64,000 nucleotides of DNA from positions 16,218 through 80,217 of the forward strand of contig CAYMYO010000003.1 of the NCBI GenBank assembly GCA_964394685.1. Direction: 5' to 3'. Source of the DNA: an uncultured Gammaproteobacteria bacterium (GTDB lineage: Bacteria > Patescibacteriota > Microgenomatia > UBA10105 > UBA927). The notes under the pieces were generated by a model, which ran no database searches, was not told where the DNA came from, and was given only the letters and a program-made list of their open reading frames with translations. Position numbers and translations under genes: made by a program. Shown piece after piece: positions 36,967-45,557 of the stretch. Each line of letters starts with the position of its first letter. Position 1 is the first letter of the stretch.

Positions 36967-37975
36967 TCAATTTTAGTAAAAATACAGAGAAGATAATAAG
37001 AAGCAGTCCGACAATAGCGGACGTTACCAATTCTTTTCCTGCATTGAGTTTTTCCGGATTTCCGGCACTGGTCATTATCTGCAGTGCGCCAATGAGCATG
37101 AGAAGAAACGCAATTCCCCCTCCAAGTCCCATGGCAAACGGAAGAATGGTTTTTACAAACCCACTAGGGGTTGATGAAATACATCCGATTGCTGTCCAAA
37201 TGCCTGGTGGAGAACCGCCGATACACGCGGTACATTGACTTCTTCCTTCTCCTTGAGCAAAGGAACAAAGATCGGTAAATTGCGACTCAAGCATGCCTCC
37301 GCCATTCTCTGTTACTTGAAAGCTGCGTTCACAAAGTTTACTGCTCACTCTATTTTTCGCAATATAAAATTTATTATTACTTATACCGTAATTGGATATC
37401 AGGATATTTGGTTTGTCTGCATTGATTGAAGTAACCAAGTGATTTGTGATTCCCTCTATTCCTGGTTTTGCGCCATCATGATACAGATTATAATTACCGG
37501 TTGCATTGAATTTTACATTAACAGTAAGTGTGTCTCGGACGGATGGCGCGGGAGGATTAACAGTAATAGTACAATTTCCTGATTCTGTTGCTGATATTCC
37601 AAATGATCTTGTACAAATAGTGACAAGATTACCGGTCGGTGGATCATAATTGAGTTTGATTGTATATGTTTTTCCTGCACTAAAGGTTGACGCGGCTTGA
37701 GTGAAAGAAATAATCCCCCCCATTGCTTTCGCTGATTTATTCGGACCTGATGAGAATACAGCTGTGAATGATCCATTTGGATCATACGCGGCAGGTTGAC
37801 TATCTGATAAATCAAATTTAAATGTAAGAGCGGTGTCACTTGGGATTGCAAAGATATCGTTTTGTCCTTCAATTCGAAATGATTCACATGTCTTTGCAGC
37901 AACGATTTGACCAGTGGGAATGGCAAAAAACAGAAAGGCAGCGAACAATGCGAGTATAAATAATCGAATTTTCAC
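36929..37975 (-). CDS. secreted Cys-containing protein with C-terminal T4SS-pilin domain (extended pilin / tip-like subunit)
   Basis: Signal peptide, about 230-aa extracytoplasmic domain with several Cys, then a pilin core LLMLIGALQIMTSAGNPEKLNAGKELVTSAIVGLLLIIFS. Overlaps the downstream pilin gene by 38 nt. Confidence 0.5.
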   Translation of the reverse strand: MKIRLFILALFAAFLFFAIPTGQIVAAKTCESFRIEGQNDIFAIPSDTALTFKFDLSDSQPAAYDPNGSFTAVFSSGPNKSAKAMGGIISFTQAASTFSAGKTYTIKLNYDPPTGNLVTICTRSFGISATESGNCTITVNPPAPSVRDTLTVNVKFNATGNYNLYHDGAKPGIEGITNHLVTSINADKPNILISNYGISNNKFYIAKNRVSSKLCERSFQVTENGGGMLESQFTDLCSFAQGEGRSQCTACIGGSPPGIWTAIGCISSTPSGFVKTILPFAMGLGGGIAFLLMLIGALQIMTSAGNPEKLNAGKELVTSAIVGLLLIIFSVFLLKLIGADILGVPGFK

Positions 37976-38004
37976 TCCTTAAGTGTATCAAAGTCCATGT
38001 TACA

Positions 38005-39771
38005 ATGGAAGATATGTTCCGCAAGCTATTTGTTACTTTGTTACTTTGTTACTTTGTTACTTTGTTTATTCATGCTCCCGTCTATGCTCAATCCTGTGAT
38101 TCTTCTTGTGCAAATACGATTGAGTGTCAACGGAAAATTGAAAAATGCCAAGAAGCGTGGGATCAAATGGAAGCAGCTAAAAAGCCTCATGTGGACTCGC
38201 TTCGAAAAATGGAAGCAGACATTATTGCATTTCAAAATAGAATTAAACTCATTGAATCGGAACTGGTTAAAAAAGCAGCAGCAATTCTATTAGGAGAGAA
38301 GGAACTTATTGGATTATTGGATGTGGCTGGACGCCGGATTCGACAATTCTATATGCGATCAACAAAATCCAATCCTGTGTTTATATTTCTTTCATCAACC
38401 AATGTCGGTTCAGCACTTCGCTCCTACGGCTATCAACAAGCAATTACCAATGAAGATAAAAAAGTCATCACCCAAACTGCGCTTCTTGTGAAGGATTTGG
38501 AGGATAAGAAAAAAACGTTAGAAGGAGAAAAAATTATGCTTGCTTCCATGAAAGAAGATGTAGATAGACGAGCGGTATCGATACGAAAGCTGGTTGGTGA
38601 TGCGAGTGCATATCAAACAAAATTGTCCGGCTTTATTGCATCTCTTTCTACTCAGCAACAGGAATTTTTAGGAGCAAAGCTATCTGGATTAAACTTACCG
38701 ACAAGTTTAGGCGCGGGACCACTTTATTGTACTGATGATCGAAAACTTGATCCGGGATTTTCTCCAGGATTTGCCTTTTTTACCTTCGGTATTCCACACC
38801 GCGTTGGAATGAATCAGTATGGAGCTTATGGCAGGGCTAAGACGGGCCAGGACTACAAAACGATTTTGCAGGCATATTTTAACGGGATTAGCTTTGAAAG
38901 CGGCAAGGAAGATATAAAAATTAAGATCCAGGGATATGGAGAGAGATCTTTGGATGAGTATTTGCTGGGAATTTACGAGATGCCGGAAAACTGGGACATG
39001 AATGCTTTAAAAGCCCAAGCAGTGGCAGCCAGAAGTTATGCTTTGGCTTACACCAATAACGGCCAGGGGGAAATTTGTACGACTCAAGCTTGTCAAGTGT
39101 GGAAGCCGGATAAAAAGACCGGACAGTGGCAACAGGCAGTGGAACAAACTAAGGGCGAAGTGATGGTCAATGGAGGGCAAGTGATCAAGGCCTGGTATTC
39201 GTCAACTGACGGCGGTTACACTTTTACTTCCGGTGATGTATGGGGTGGGGATAAGGCCTGGACGAAACGGCTTCGCGATACCAATGGAGACGTCAGTAAT
39301 TTTTCTGATTTGTTGTCTAAAGCATACGACAGGGATTCACCTTGTTTTTATGCAGCGCAAGGGTGGCGAAGTGAACACGGAAAATCTGCATGGCTTAAAT
39401 CTGATGAAGTTGCAGACATCGTAAATGTTATTCTTCTTGTGCAAAAAGATTCTTCTCGCGGATGTTATGTTTTTCAGCCAGACAAACCTCCTCCTTCTCC
39501 TGATCCCAAAAAAGGATGTCCGGTAACTGACAATTGGAGCGTAGATAAGGTTAAACAAGAACTTTCATCACGGGGAGTAACCCCATTTAATAATATAAAT
39601 AATATTTCTGTTTCAGTAGATTTTGGTGTGGGAACAACTTCTAATGTAAGTTTTTCTGGAGATGCCGGATCAGTCAGTTTTCCAGGAAGCGATTTCAAAA
39701 ACTATTTTAACCAAAGGGCCCCTGCTAATATTCAAATTGTCGGACCATTGTTCAACGTAGAACGGAAGTAG
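38005..39771 (+). CDS. SpoIID/LytB-domain protein (cell-wall amidase enhancer / lytic transglycosylase-like) with N-terminal coiled coil
   Basis: GYGERSLDEYLLGIYEMPENWDMNALKAQAVAARSYALAY and GEICTTQACQVW match the SpoIID/LytB conserved core. Signal peptide overlaps the 8-bp tandem repeat. Confidence 0.6.
   Translation: MEDMFRKLFVTLLLCYFVTLFIHAPVYAQSCDSSCANTIECQRKIEKCQEAWDQMEAAKKPHVDSLRKMEADIIAFQNRIKLIESELVKKAAAILLGEKELIGLLDVAGRRIRQFYMRSTKSNPVFIFLSSTNVGSALRSYGYQQAITNEDKKVITQTALLVKDLEDKKKTLEGEKIMLASMKEDVDRRAVSIRKLVGDASAYQTKLSGFIASLSTQQQEFLGAKLSGLNLPTSLGAGPLYCTDDRKLDPGFSPGFAFFTFGIPHRVGMNQYGAYGRAKTGQDYKTILQAYFNGISFESGKEDIKIKIQGYGERSLDEYLLGIYEMPENWDMNALKAQAVAARSYALAYTNNGQGEICTTQACQVWKPDKKTGQWQQAVEQTKGEVMVNGGQVIKAWYSSTDGGYTFTSGDVWGGDKAWTKRLRDTNGDVSNFSDLLSKAYDRDSPCFYAAQGWRSEHGKSAWLKSDEVADIVNVILLVQKDSSRGCYVFQPDKPPPSPDPKKGCPVTDNWSVDKVKQELSSRGVTPFNNINNISVSVDFGVGTTSNVSFSGDAGSVSFPGSDFKNYFNQRAPANIQIVGPLFNVERK
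38029..38068. repeat. octanucleotide tandem repeat (TTTGTTAC x4 plus one degenerate unit) inside 5' coding region
   Basis: Read directly: TTTGTTAC at 38029-36, 38037-44, 38045-52, 38053-60, then TTTGTTTA. Two candidate ATGs (37997 and 38005) lie exactly one unit (8 nt) apart in different frames. Confidence 0.8.
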
Positions 39772-39794
39772 TATACTTATGTGAGGTATTTATC

Positions 39795-40391
39795 ATGTCA
39801 GAACGGACACGTGAGATAACCAAAACAAATCTTTTTACCGCGTTTGCGACGTGGCCCCCAAATCTTCGGTTTGAACATCAGGAAAAAAATGAAACAGTTA
39901 TTTTGTTTTTACGACAGCATCTCATTACAATTGTTCCGACTATGGCATTTGGAGTGCTCCTTATTTTTGCTCCTATGGTTTTATTCCCAGTGCTTTTAAA
40001 AATGTTATCGACGACAATCACTATACCGGTTGGATACATCATTGTCGGTACAATTTTTTGGTATACCGCATCGTTTGGAGTGATTCTGGCTAAATTTCTT
40101 CACTGGTTTTTTAATATTTTTATAGTGACAAACGACCGGATTATTGATATTGATTTTATTAATCTCCTGTATAAAGATGTCGCGGAAGCGCAGCTCTCAA
40201 GAGTGCAGGACATTTCGTATAATCAAAAAGGAATTTTTGGAACCATGTTTAATTATGGAAATGTCGTCATTCAAACTGCCGGAGAATTACCAAATTTTTC
40301 ATTTGAAATAGTTCCAAAGCCAAGTGAAGTAGTTGACATTGTCAGTGACGCAGCGAAATTGAAAACAAAGAATGGGGGAGACGGTCATTAG
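39795..40391 (+). CDS. membrane protein with two TM helices and PH-like (bPH_2/YdbT-like) C-terminal domain, uncertain
   Basis: Two TM segments (residues about 45-100) then a soluble about 90-aa domain. The assignment is by architecture only. Confidence 0.3.
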   Translation: MSERTREITKTNLFTAFATWPPNLRFEHQEKNETVILFLRQHLITIVPTMAFGVLLIFAPMVLFPVLLKMLSTTITIPVGYIIVGTIFWYTASFGVILAKFLHWFFNIFIVTNDRIIDIDFINLLYKDVAEAQLSRVQDISYNQKGIFGTMFNYGNVVIQTAGELPNFSFEIVPKPSEVVDIVSDAAKLKTKNGGDGH

Positions 40392-40639
40392 TATGGATAC
40401 ACAACAATTTACGAATATTGGGTGGATGGCAATAAAGATACTTACCATTGTCGGATTATCTTTCTATGCAATATATGGAGCAATTATCATCAGACAAGAA
40501 GAGCTCATGTCGAAGGTGCTCGCTGAAACGTCGGAGCCAATTTTACGGTTGCTGTCTATTATTCATTTTATTTCTTCTTTAGCTGTTATCGTTTTAGCCA
40601 TCATTCTTCTCTAATTAAAACGTGATACGATAGAAATAT

Positions 40640-42379
40640 ATGCGAATCATTCCCATTGTTGGATCGGTGGTTGGTGCTACAACCACGTCTTTCTGGACCC
40701 AAACAATAAAAACAGAATTTGTGTACGGTGTCGTTGAAACAAATTCTCATTCAGAAAATGCTCAAATAATAGGAATGCAGGCAATTACTACAATCGTAGG
40801 TGTGTGTTCGAATCCAATTCAAGAGCTTTCGGTAATTGAAGCACTCGTTCGTGATGCATTAGCACCGGGCGTACAATCTATAGTCCTTTTTGTACCAGTT
40901 GGTTTGACAACACATGTTGTTATTGGTGGTGGAGGCGCTGTATATATAAAAAGGGAAGGACAATACGCAAAATTATTAGACAAAAGCGGATCTATTTCAG
41001 GAGTTGCTCAAAAAGGAGATATATTTATTCTTTTGTCTAAAACGTGCAGAGCCATTCTTCCAGAAGAAGAATTATTTAGTATTTTCGATCACTTATCAGC
41101 AGATGTTTTAGCTGAAAAGTTAACGCTCTGTTTACAAGGAAAAGAATCAATGTATGGTTGCGCAGCGCTTTTATTTGAAGTGAAAGATATACAAGAGGAT
41201 GAGTTGATACAACCGAAATTACATATATCATTCCCTTCGTTGAAAAAACGCCTTGTTAATCTTCGGCATATCAAGCAAACACCAGGGGCATGGATCACTA
41301 TGATCCTCATTGGTATATTTTTAATCAGCGTTATCGTTGGTATACGTCGCGAAATGATTTATAAACACGACACAAAACTGCAAGCAGTCGTACAAGAAGC
41401 AGAGCGTTTGTATGAAGAAGGACAAGCACTTCTTGAGCTAAATGGGGTAAAAGGAAGAGAACGTCTCATGGGAGCAAAAGCACTGCTTGCTCCCATTGCC
41501 GAAATTGTGACAGATAAGACAAAAGAAGAGCGCTATGCATCAGAATTATATGGACGCATTACTTCAACATTAACCACGGCAATGCATATTTATACACAAG
41601 AACCCCAAGTATTTTATGACGTGGAATTATTAAAACTTGGAGGTTTCATATCAACAATGGGTCTTTGGGGAGATACGCTTGTTATTGGAGACACATCTCA
41701 AAAAGCGGTCTATGCGCTTACTGTTTCATCTAAAACTGGAAAAATAATAGGTGGTGGAATGGGGTTTGAACAGGTATTTGCGGTTGATGCACAGGGGGAT
41801 ACGGTGTATGTGTTAACCCCTGATGGGATTCGTCAACTATCCATAGAAAATAAAAACATGATTGTGCAACGTATCAAAAAAAGTAGTGAATGGGGAAGCG
41901 TTGAGACGATGACGGTTTTTGGTGGAAATATATACTTACTTGATACAACAAAAAGCAGAATTTGGAAGTACATCGCTACTGAAAAGGCTTTTTCTGAACT
42001 TAAGGAATACCTTAATCCGGATACGCTTCCTGATTTAAGCAAAGCCACAGGAATGACTATTGATGGATCTGTGTGGATAGGAACGAGTGATGGAAAAATA
42101 CAGCGTTTTTCTCAGGGAAAAGAAAACACATTTGTGTATAAAGGAGTAGATCCGCCATTCGGGAAGGATTTGATACTTTTTACAAGTGATGAAACGAAAA
42201 ATCTTTATGTTCTTGACTCGCAAAACAAACGGGTAGTTGTTGTTGACAAAGACGGAATTTATCTTGCTCAATATATCTGGACAGGGGATATCATCCCAAG
42301 CCAATTGGTTGTAGCGGAAAAACAAGGTAAAATACTACTTCTGGCAACTGGAAAGCTTTATAGCCTAGATTTAAAGTAA
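40640..42379 (+). CDS. hypothetical protein with central TM helix and C-terminal beta-rich (propeller-like) region
   Basis: 579 aa. TM AWITMILIGIFLISVIVGI. No catalytic motifs recognised. Confidence 0.3.
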   Translation: MRIIPIVGSVVGATTTSFWTQTIKTEFVYGVVETNSHSENAQIIGMQAITTIVGVCSNPIQELSVIEALVRDALAPGVQSIVLFVPVGLTTHVVIGGGGAVYIKREGQYAKLLDKSGSISGVAQKGDIFILLSKTCRAILPEEELFSIFDHLSADVLAEKLTLCLQGKESMYGCAALLFEVKDIQEDELIQPKLHISFPSLKKRLVNLRHIKQTPGAWITMILIGIFLISVIVGIRREMIYKHDTKLQAVVQEAERLYEEGQALLELNGVKGRERLMGAKALLAPIAEIVTDKTKEERYASELYGRITSTLTTAMHIYTQEPQVFYDVELLKLGGFISTMGLWGDTLVIGDTSQKAVYALTVSSKTGKIIGGGMGFEQVFAVDAQGDTVYVLTPDGIRQLSIENKNMIVQRIKKSSEWGSVETMTVFGGNIYLLDTTKSRIWKYIATEKAFSELKEYLNPDTLPDLSKATGMTIDGSVWIGTSDGKIQRFSQGKENTFVYKGVDPPFGKDLILFTSDETKNLYVLDSQNKRVVVVDKDGIYLAQYIWTGDIIPSQLVVAEKQGKILLLATGKLYSLDLK

Positions 42380-42386
42380 TCTTTGT

Positions 42387-42836
42387 ATGAAAATAATAAA
42401 CCGAAAAGCATCCTATGACTACACGATCATTGACCGTATTGAAGCCGGTGTGAGTTTACTAGGAAGTGAAGTAAAATCTCTTCGGTCTGGTCACGGAAAA
42501 TTAGAAGGGGCATATGTAAAGATAGCAAGCGGAGAAGTGTTTTTAATCAACGCTGAAATAATGCCGTATAGTTATGCACGTCCGCCAGCTGGCGGGTATG
42601 ACCCAAAACGGACACGGAAGCTACTTTTGCATAAACGGGAGGTTATTAGCCTTCAAAACAAGCTGGATAGCGCTAAATTGACCCTTATACCCCTCTCCTG
42701 GTATACTAAGGGACCTCAAATCAAGCTCGAAATAGGACTCGCGCGTGGAAGAAAAGTTTACGAGAAACGAGAGAAAATGAAAAGGGAAGATCAAAAACGG
42801 GAACTAGAGCAAGATTTTCGAGGAAAAATAACGTAA
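42387..42836 (+). CDS. smpB: SsrA-binding protein
   Basis: KIINRKASYDYTIIDRIEAGVSLLGSEVKSLR matches the SmpB N-terminal consensus. 149 aa. Followed by a tmRNA-like sequence. Confidence 0.85.
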   Translation: MKIINRKASYDYTIIDRIEAGVSLLGSEVKSLRSGHGKLEGAYVKIASGEVFLINAEIMPYSYARPPAGGYDPKRTRKLLLHKREVISLQNKLDSAKLTLIPLSWYTKGPQIKLEIGLARGRKVYEKREKMKREDQKRELEQDFRGKIT

Positions 42837-42885
42837 CGCTTCGTTTCCAATAAAGGGGTTTACCCTGAGGAGCGATAGCGACGAA

Positions 42886-43292
42886 GGGGATGAATGATTC
42901 GACGGGAATGCACATTAACAAACAGCAAGCCGACATTGTTAGATTGTCGTAAATTAACTATCAAAAAATACATGCTGATAACACTATCAGTAAACTTGAA
43001 GCGAAACTCGCTCAACTTGAGCAGGCATTAGCATTCAAGAATTCCCGAGCTTTTGCATTCGCACAAGCATAAGGAATCATCTGTGAATATCTGTTGTTCA
43101 GCGAGATTTTACAGGTGACAACATAGCTGGACCATCAGAAGGTAGATGACTGGTTACCTTTGGAGTATCTATTCAGTCAACCCCTCATTATTATTTTTGT
43201 CCATTTCTATAATGATGAGGAATAAAATGGACTACGCTTGTAGACGTTTGTTGTTTGCGTTTTCGGACCCGGGCTCACCCCCGGCATCTCCA
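42886..43292 (+). ncRNA. ssrA: tmRNA (ssrA), candidate
   Basis: 5' GGGGATGAATGATTCGACGGGAATGC closely matches the tmRNA 5' consensus (E. coli GGGGCUGAUUCUGGAUUCGACGGGAUUUGC). 3' GGACCCGGGCTCACCCCCGGCATCTCCA resembles the T-arm plus acceptor strand, and CATCTCC pairs with the 5' GGGGATG. Length about 407 nt. Lies immediately 3' of smpB. Tag-peptide reading frame not resolved. T-loop is 6 nt and noncanonical. Confidence 0.55.
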
Positions 43293-43408
43293 CACTCCGC
43301 TCCGATAAAAAATCGGAGCTACGTGTGGCACGGCCATACTTTTATTACATGAATGTTTTATGTTATAAGAGCGGAGTGTGTCCCACGAAGCTTTAGCGAA
43401 GTGGGGCT

Positions 43409-43645
43409 ATGTATTATGTTTATATTCTTCAATTAATTAATAAAACGTATTATATTGGTTTCTCTTCAGATTTATTATCTCGAGTTCAAAATCATCAACA
43501 AGGGTTGGTTTCACAAACAAAGAATTTTCGACCAATAAAATTGGTTTATTACTCCGCCTTTGATTCAAAATTAAAAGCACTTCATTTTGAATCATACTTA
43601 AAGACGGGTTCCGGTTTTGCATTTCGAAACAAACATTTTATTTAA
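43409..43645 (+). CDS. small GIY-YIG nuclease-family protein
   Basis: N-terminal MYYVYILQLINKTYYIGFSSDL (GIY...YIG motif) and conserved R/H/N downstream. 78 aa. Paralog of 44612-44851. Confidence 0.6.
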   Translation: MYYVYILQLINKTYYIGFSSDLLSRVQNHQQGLVSQTKNFRPIKLVYYSAFDSKLKALHFESYLKTGSGFAFRNKHFI

Positions 43646-44312
43646 TATGCACCTTTTTGATCTTTTTTTCCCAAAGTTTTGTCTCGGGTGCGGGAAATTA
43701 GGATCATATATTTGTTTTTCCTGTTATTCAAAAATCCATAAGCTTCCATACCTAAAATGCCCCGTGTGTAGCCGTGCTTCCATTGATGGGATTACCCATC
43801 CTAGATGTAAAAAACAATTCGGTTTAGACAGACTGATAAGTTTTTTTCCATATATGGCAGTTATACAAAAAGCTATAAAAACGATTAAATATCGATATGC
43901 GCACAAAGTGACAGATGATTTATTACGCTACGCATCATTTTCCAAACTACCAAAACAATCATTATTTGTTCCCATTCCACTTCATCCGGCACGTCGTAGG
44001 CTTCGTGGATTTAATCAGGCTGAAATAATAGCTCGTCTATTGTCAAAACGTTTTAATATACCAGTTCAAACTGATATTTTGAAGCGAATTCGAAAAACAG
44101 TTCCGCAGGTCGATATGAAAAATCGGGAAAATCGGCTTTTCAACATGAAAGGCGTATTTATTGTGAACGAAGAGGTAATACCGTCAATACAACAAAACAC
44201 CATTATTTTAGTTGATGATGTCTATACAACTGGAGCAACCATGCAATCAGCATGCGAGGCGCTTAAACGTGCTGGCGTAAGAACTGTATGGGGACTGACA
44301 ATAGCACAGTAG
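43617..44312 (+). CDS. comF: ComF family protein (phosphoribosyltransferase-type competence protein)
   Basis: N-terminal Cys4 zinc ribbon (CLGCG...CFSC...CPVCSR) and C-terminal PRTase motif IILVDDVYTTGATM. Confidence 0.7.
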   Translation: MHFETNILFNMHLFDLFFPKFCLGCGKLGSYICFSCYSKIHKLPYLKCPVCSRASIDGITHPRCKKQFGLDRLISFFPYMAVIQKAIKTIKYRYAHKVTDDLLRYASFSKLPKQSLFVPIPLHPARRRLRGFNQAEIIARLLSKRFNIPVQTDILKRIRKTVPQVDMKNRENRLFNMKGVFIVNEEVIPSIQQNTIILVDDVYTTGATMQSACEALKRAGVRTVWGLTIAQ

Positions 44313-44350
44313 GGAAGCTTCTTGGTATAATGAAAGCCGAAGTTTGTATT

Positions 44351-44433
44351 GGAGAGTGGGCAGAACGGTAATGCACAGGTTTGCTAAACCTGCATCGCGC
44401 AAGCGGTGAGTGGGTTCGACTCCCACACTCTCC
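44351..44433 (+). tRNA. tRNA-Ser (anticodon GCT)
   Basis: Acceptor GGAGAGT/ACTCTCC, anticodon stem CAGGT/ACCTG with loop TTGCTAA, 17-nt variable arm, T-arm GTGGG-TTCGACT-CCCAC. CCA not encoded. Confidence 0.8.
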
Positions 44434-44456
44434 GCAGCACCAAAAAATATAACATT

Positions 44457-44539
44457 GGAGGGGTGCTCCGAATGGTAAGGAACCAGTCTTGAAAACTGGC
44501 GCTCGCAAGGGCTTGCAGGTTCGAGTCCTGTCCCCTCCG
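44457..44539 (+). tRNA. tRNA-Ser (anticodon TGA)
   Basis: Acceptor GGAGGGG/CCCCTCC, anticodon stem CCAGT/ACTGG with loop CTTGAAA, long variable arm, T-arm GCAGG-TTCGAGT-CCTGT. Confidence 0.8.
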
Positions 44540-44611
44540 CCTTCGCCTCGCTAAAGCTCGGCTTCGGCGAGATGAAATCCGCCAAGACGAGCGAAAGCGG
44601 GTTTAGCTTAT

Positions 44612-44851
44612 ATGTATTATGTTTATATTTTGAAATGTTCAGACAATAGAACCTACTCAGGTTGCACAGATAATCTGAAAGACAGAATAGATAGACACAA
44701 TAAAGGCAATGTCCCCGCCACAAAAGATCGTCTTCCAATAAAACTCATTTCATATTTTGCTTTTTTAAACAAATATACTGCTTTCAACTTCGAAAAATAT
44801 CTCAAATCTGGTTCAGGAAGAGCGTTTCTAAAGAAACACAAAATTATATAA
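44612..44851 (+). CDS. small GIY-YIG nuclease-family protein (paralog)
   Basis: MYYVYILKCSDNRTYSGCTDNLKDRIDRHNKG. 79 aa. C-terminus FEKYLKSGSGRAFLKKH parallels FESYLKTGSGFAFRNKH of the first copy. Confidence 0.6.
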   Translation: MYYVYILKCSDNRTYSGCTDNLKDRIDRHNKGNVPATKDRLPIKLISYFAFLNKYTAFNFEKYLKSGSGRAFLKKHKII

Positions 44852-44855
44852 TTTT

Positions 44856-45518
44856 ATGAATACAACAGACATCCTTCAAGAACTAAAAAAACACAAAAAT
44901 CCTCAAAATGTTGCCGGCATGGCGCGGTTTGGGATTAATCCGAAGAATACTCTTGGTATTTCCATTCCATTACTTCGTGTACTAGCTAAGAAAATTGGAA
45001 AAGATCATGCTCTTGCACAGGAATTGTGGAAAAGCGATATCCATGAGGCACGGATTTTAGCAGCCCTAGTTGATGACGTTAATCTTGTAACACAAAAACA
45101 AATGGACCAATGGGTAGCCGACTTTGATAGTTGGGATGTGTGCGATCAGGTGTGTATGAATTTATTTGATAAAACGCCGTGGGCGTATGAAAAGGCGATT
45201 GAATGGGCCAGTAACAGGAAAGAATTTACGAAACGCGCAGGTTTTGCGCTTATGGCTGTACTTGCATTTCATGACAAGAAAGCAGAGGATAAAAAGTTTG
45301 ATCAGTTTTTTCCCATTATCGAGCGCGAAGCAATGGATGAACGAAATTATGTAAAGAAAGCAGTTAATTGGGCTCTTCGGCAAATAGGAAAACGAAACAA
45401 CACATGTATGAAGAAAGCAACAGTGTGTGCAAATAGACTCATAGAAATTGATAGCAAAAGTGCTCACTGGATAGCGTCAGACGCACTTCGAGAATTTCGA
45501 AAGAAATCTCTACGTTAA
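44856..45518 (+). CDS. DNA alkylation repair protein (AlkD/AlkC-like HEAT-repeat glycosylase family)
   Basis: N-terminal LQELKKHKNPQNVAGMARFGINPKNTLGISIPLLRVLAKKIGKDHALAQELW is characteristic of the DNA alkylation repair enzyme family. 220 aa. Confidence 0.55.
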   Translation: MNTTDILQELKKHKNPQNVAGMARFGINPKNTLGISIPLLRVLAKKIGKDHALAQELWKSDIHEARILAALVDDVNLVTQKQMDQWVADFDSWDVCDQVCMNLFDKTPWAYEKAIEWASNRKEFTKRAGFALMAVLAFHDKKAEDKKFDQFFPIIEREAMDERNYVKKAVNWALRQIGKRNNTCMKKATVCANRLIEIDSKSAHWIASDALREFRKKSLR

Positions 45519-45557
45519 CACTACTTTTTTTCTGCTTCTTGGTATATACTTTCTAGT

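Noticed and set aside
37997-38293. 98-aa ORF in an alternative frame at the start of the SpoIID-like gene
   Set aside because: It exists only because of the 8-bp repeat-induced frame ambiguity. It terminates early, while the 38005 frame continues for 588 aa with a recognisable SpoIID domain. Reported as part of the slipped-strand finding, not as a gene.
43146-43352. 68-aa plus-strand ORF
   Set aside because: It falls inside the 3' portion of the tmRNA candidate and its terminal hairpin, and has no coding signal.
44247-44738. 163-aa minus-strand ORF, plus the 81-aa ORF at 44263-44508
   Set aside because: These lie entirely across the two tRNA-Ser genes and their GC-rich flanks. They are antisense/shadow ORFs created by structured RNA sequence, not genes.
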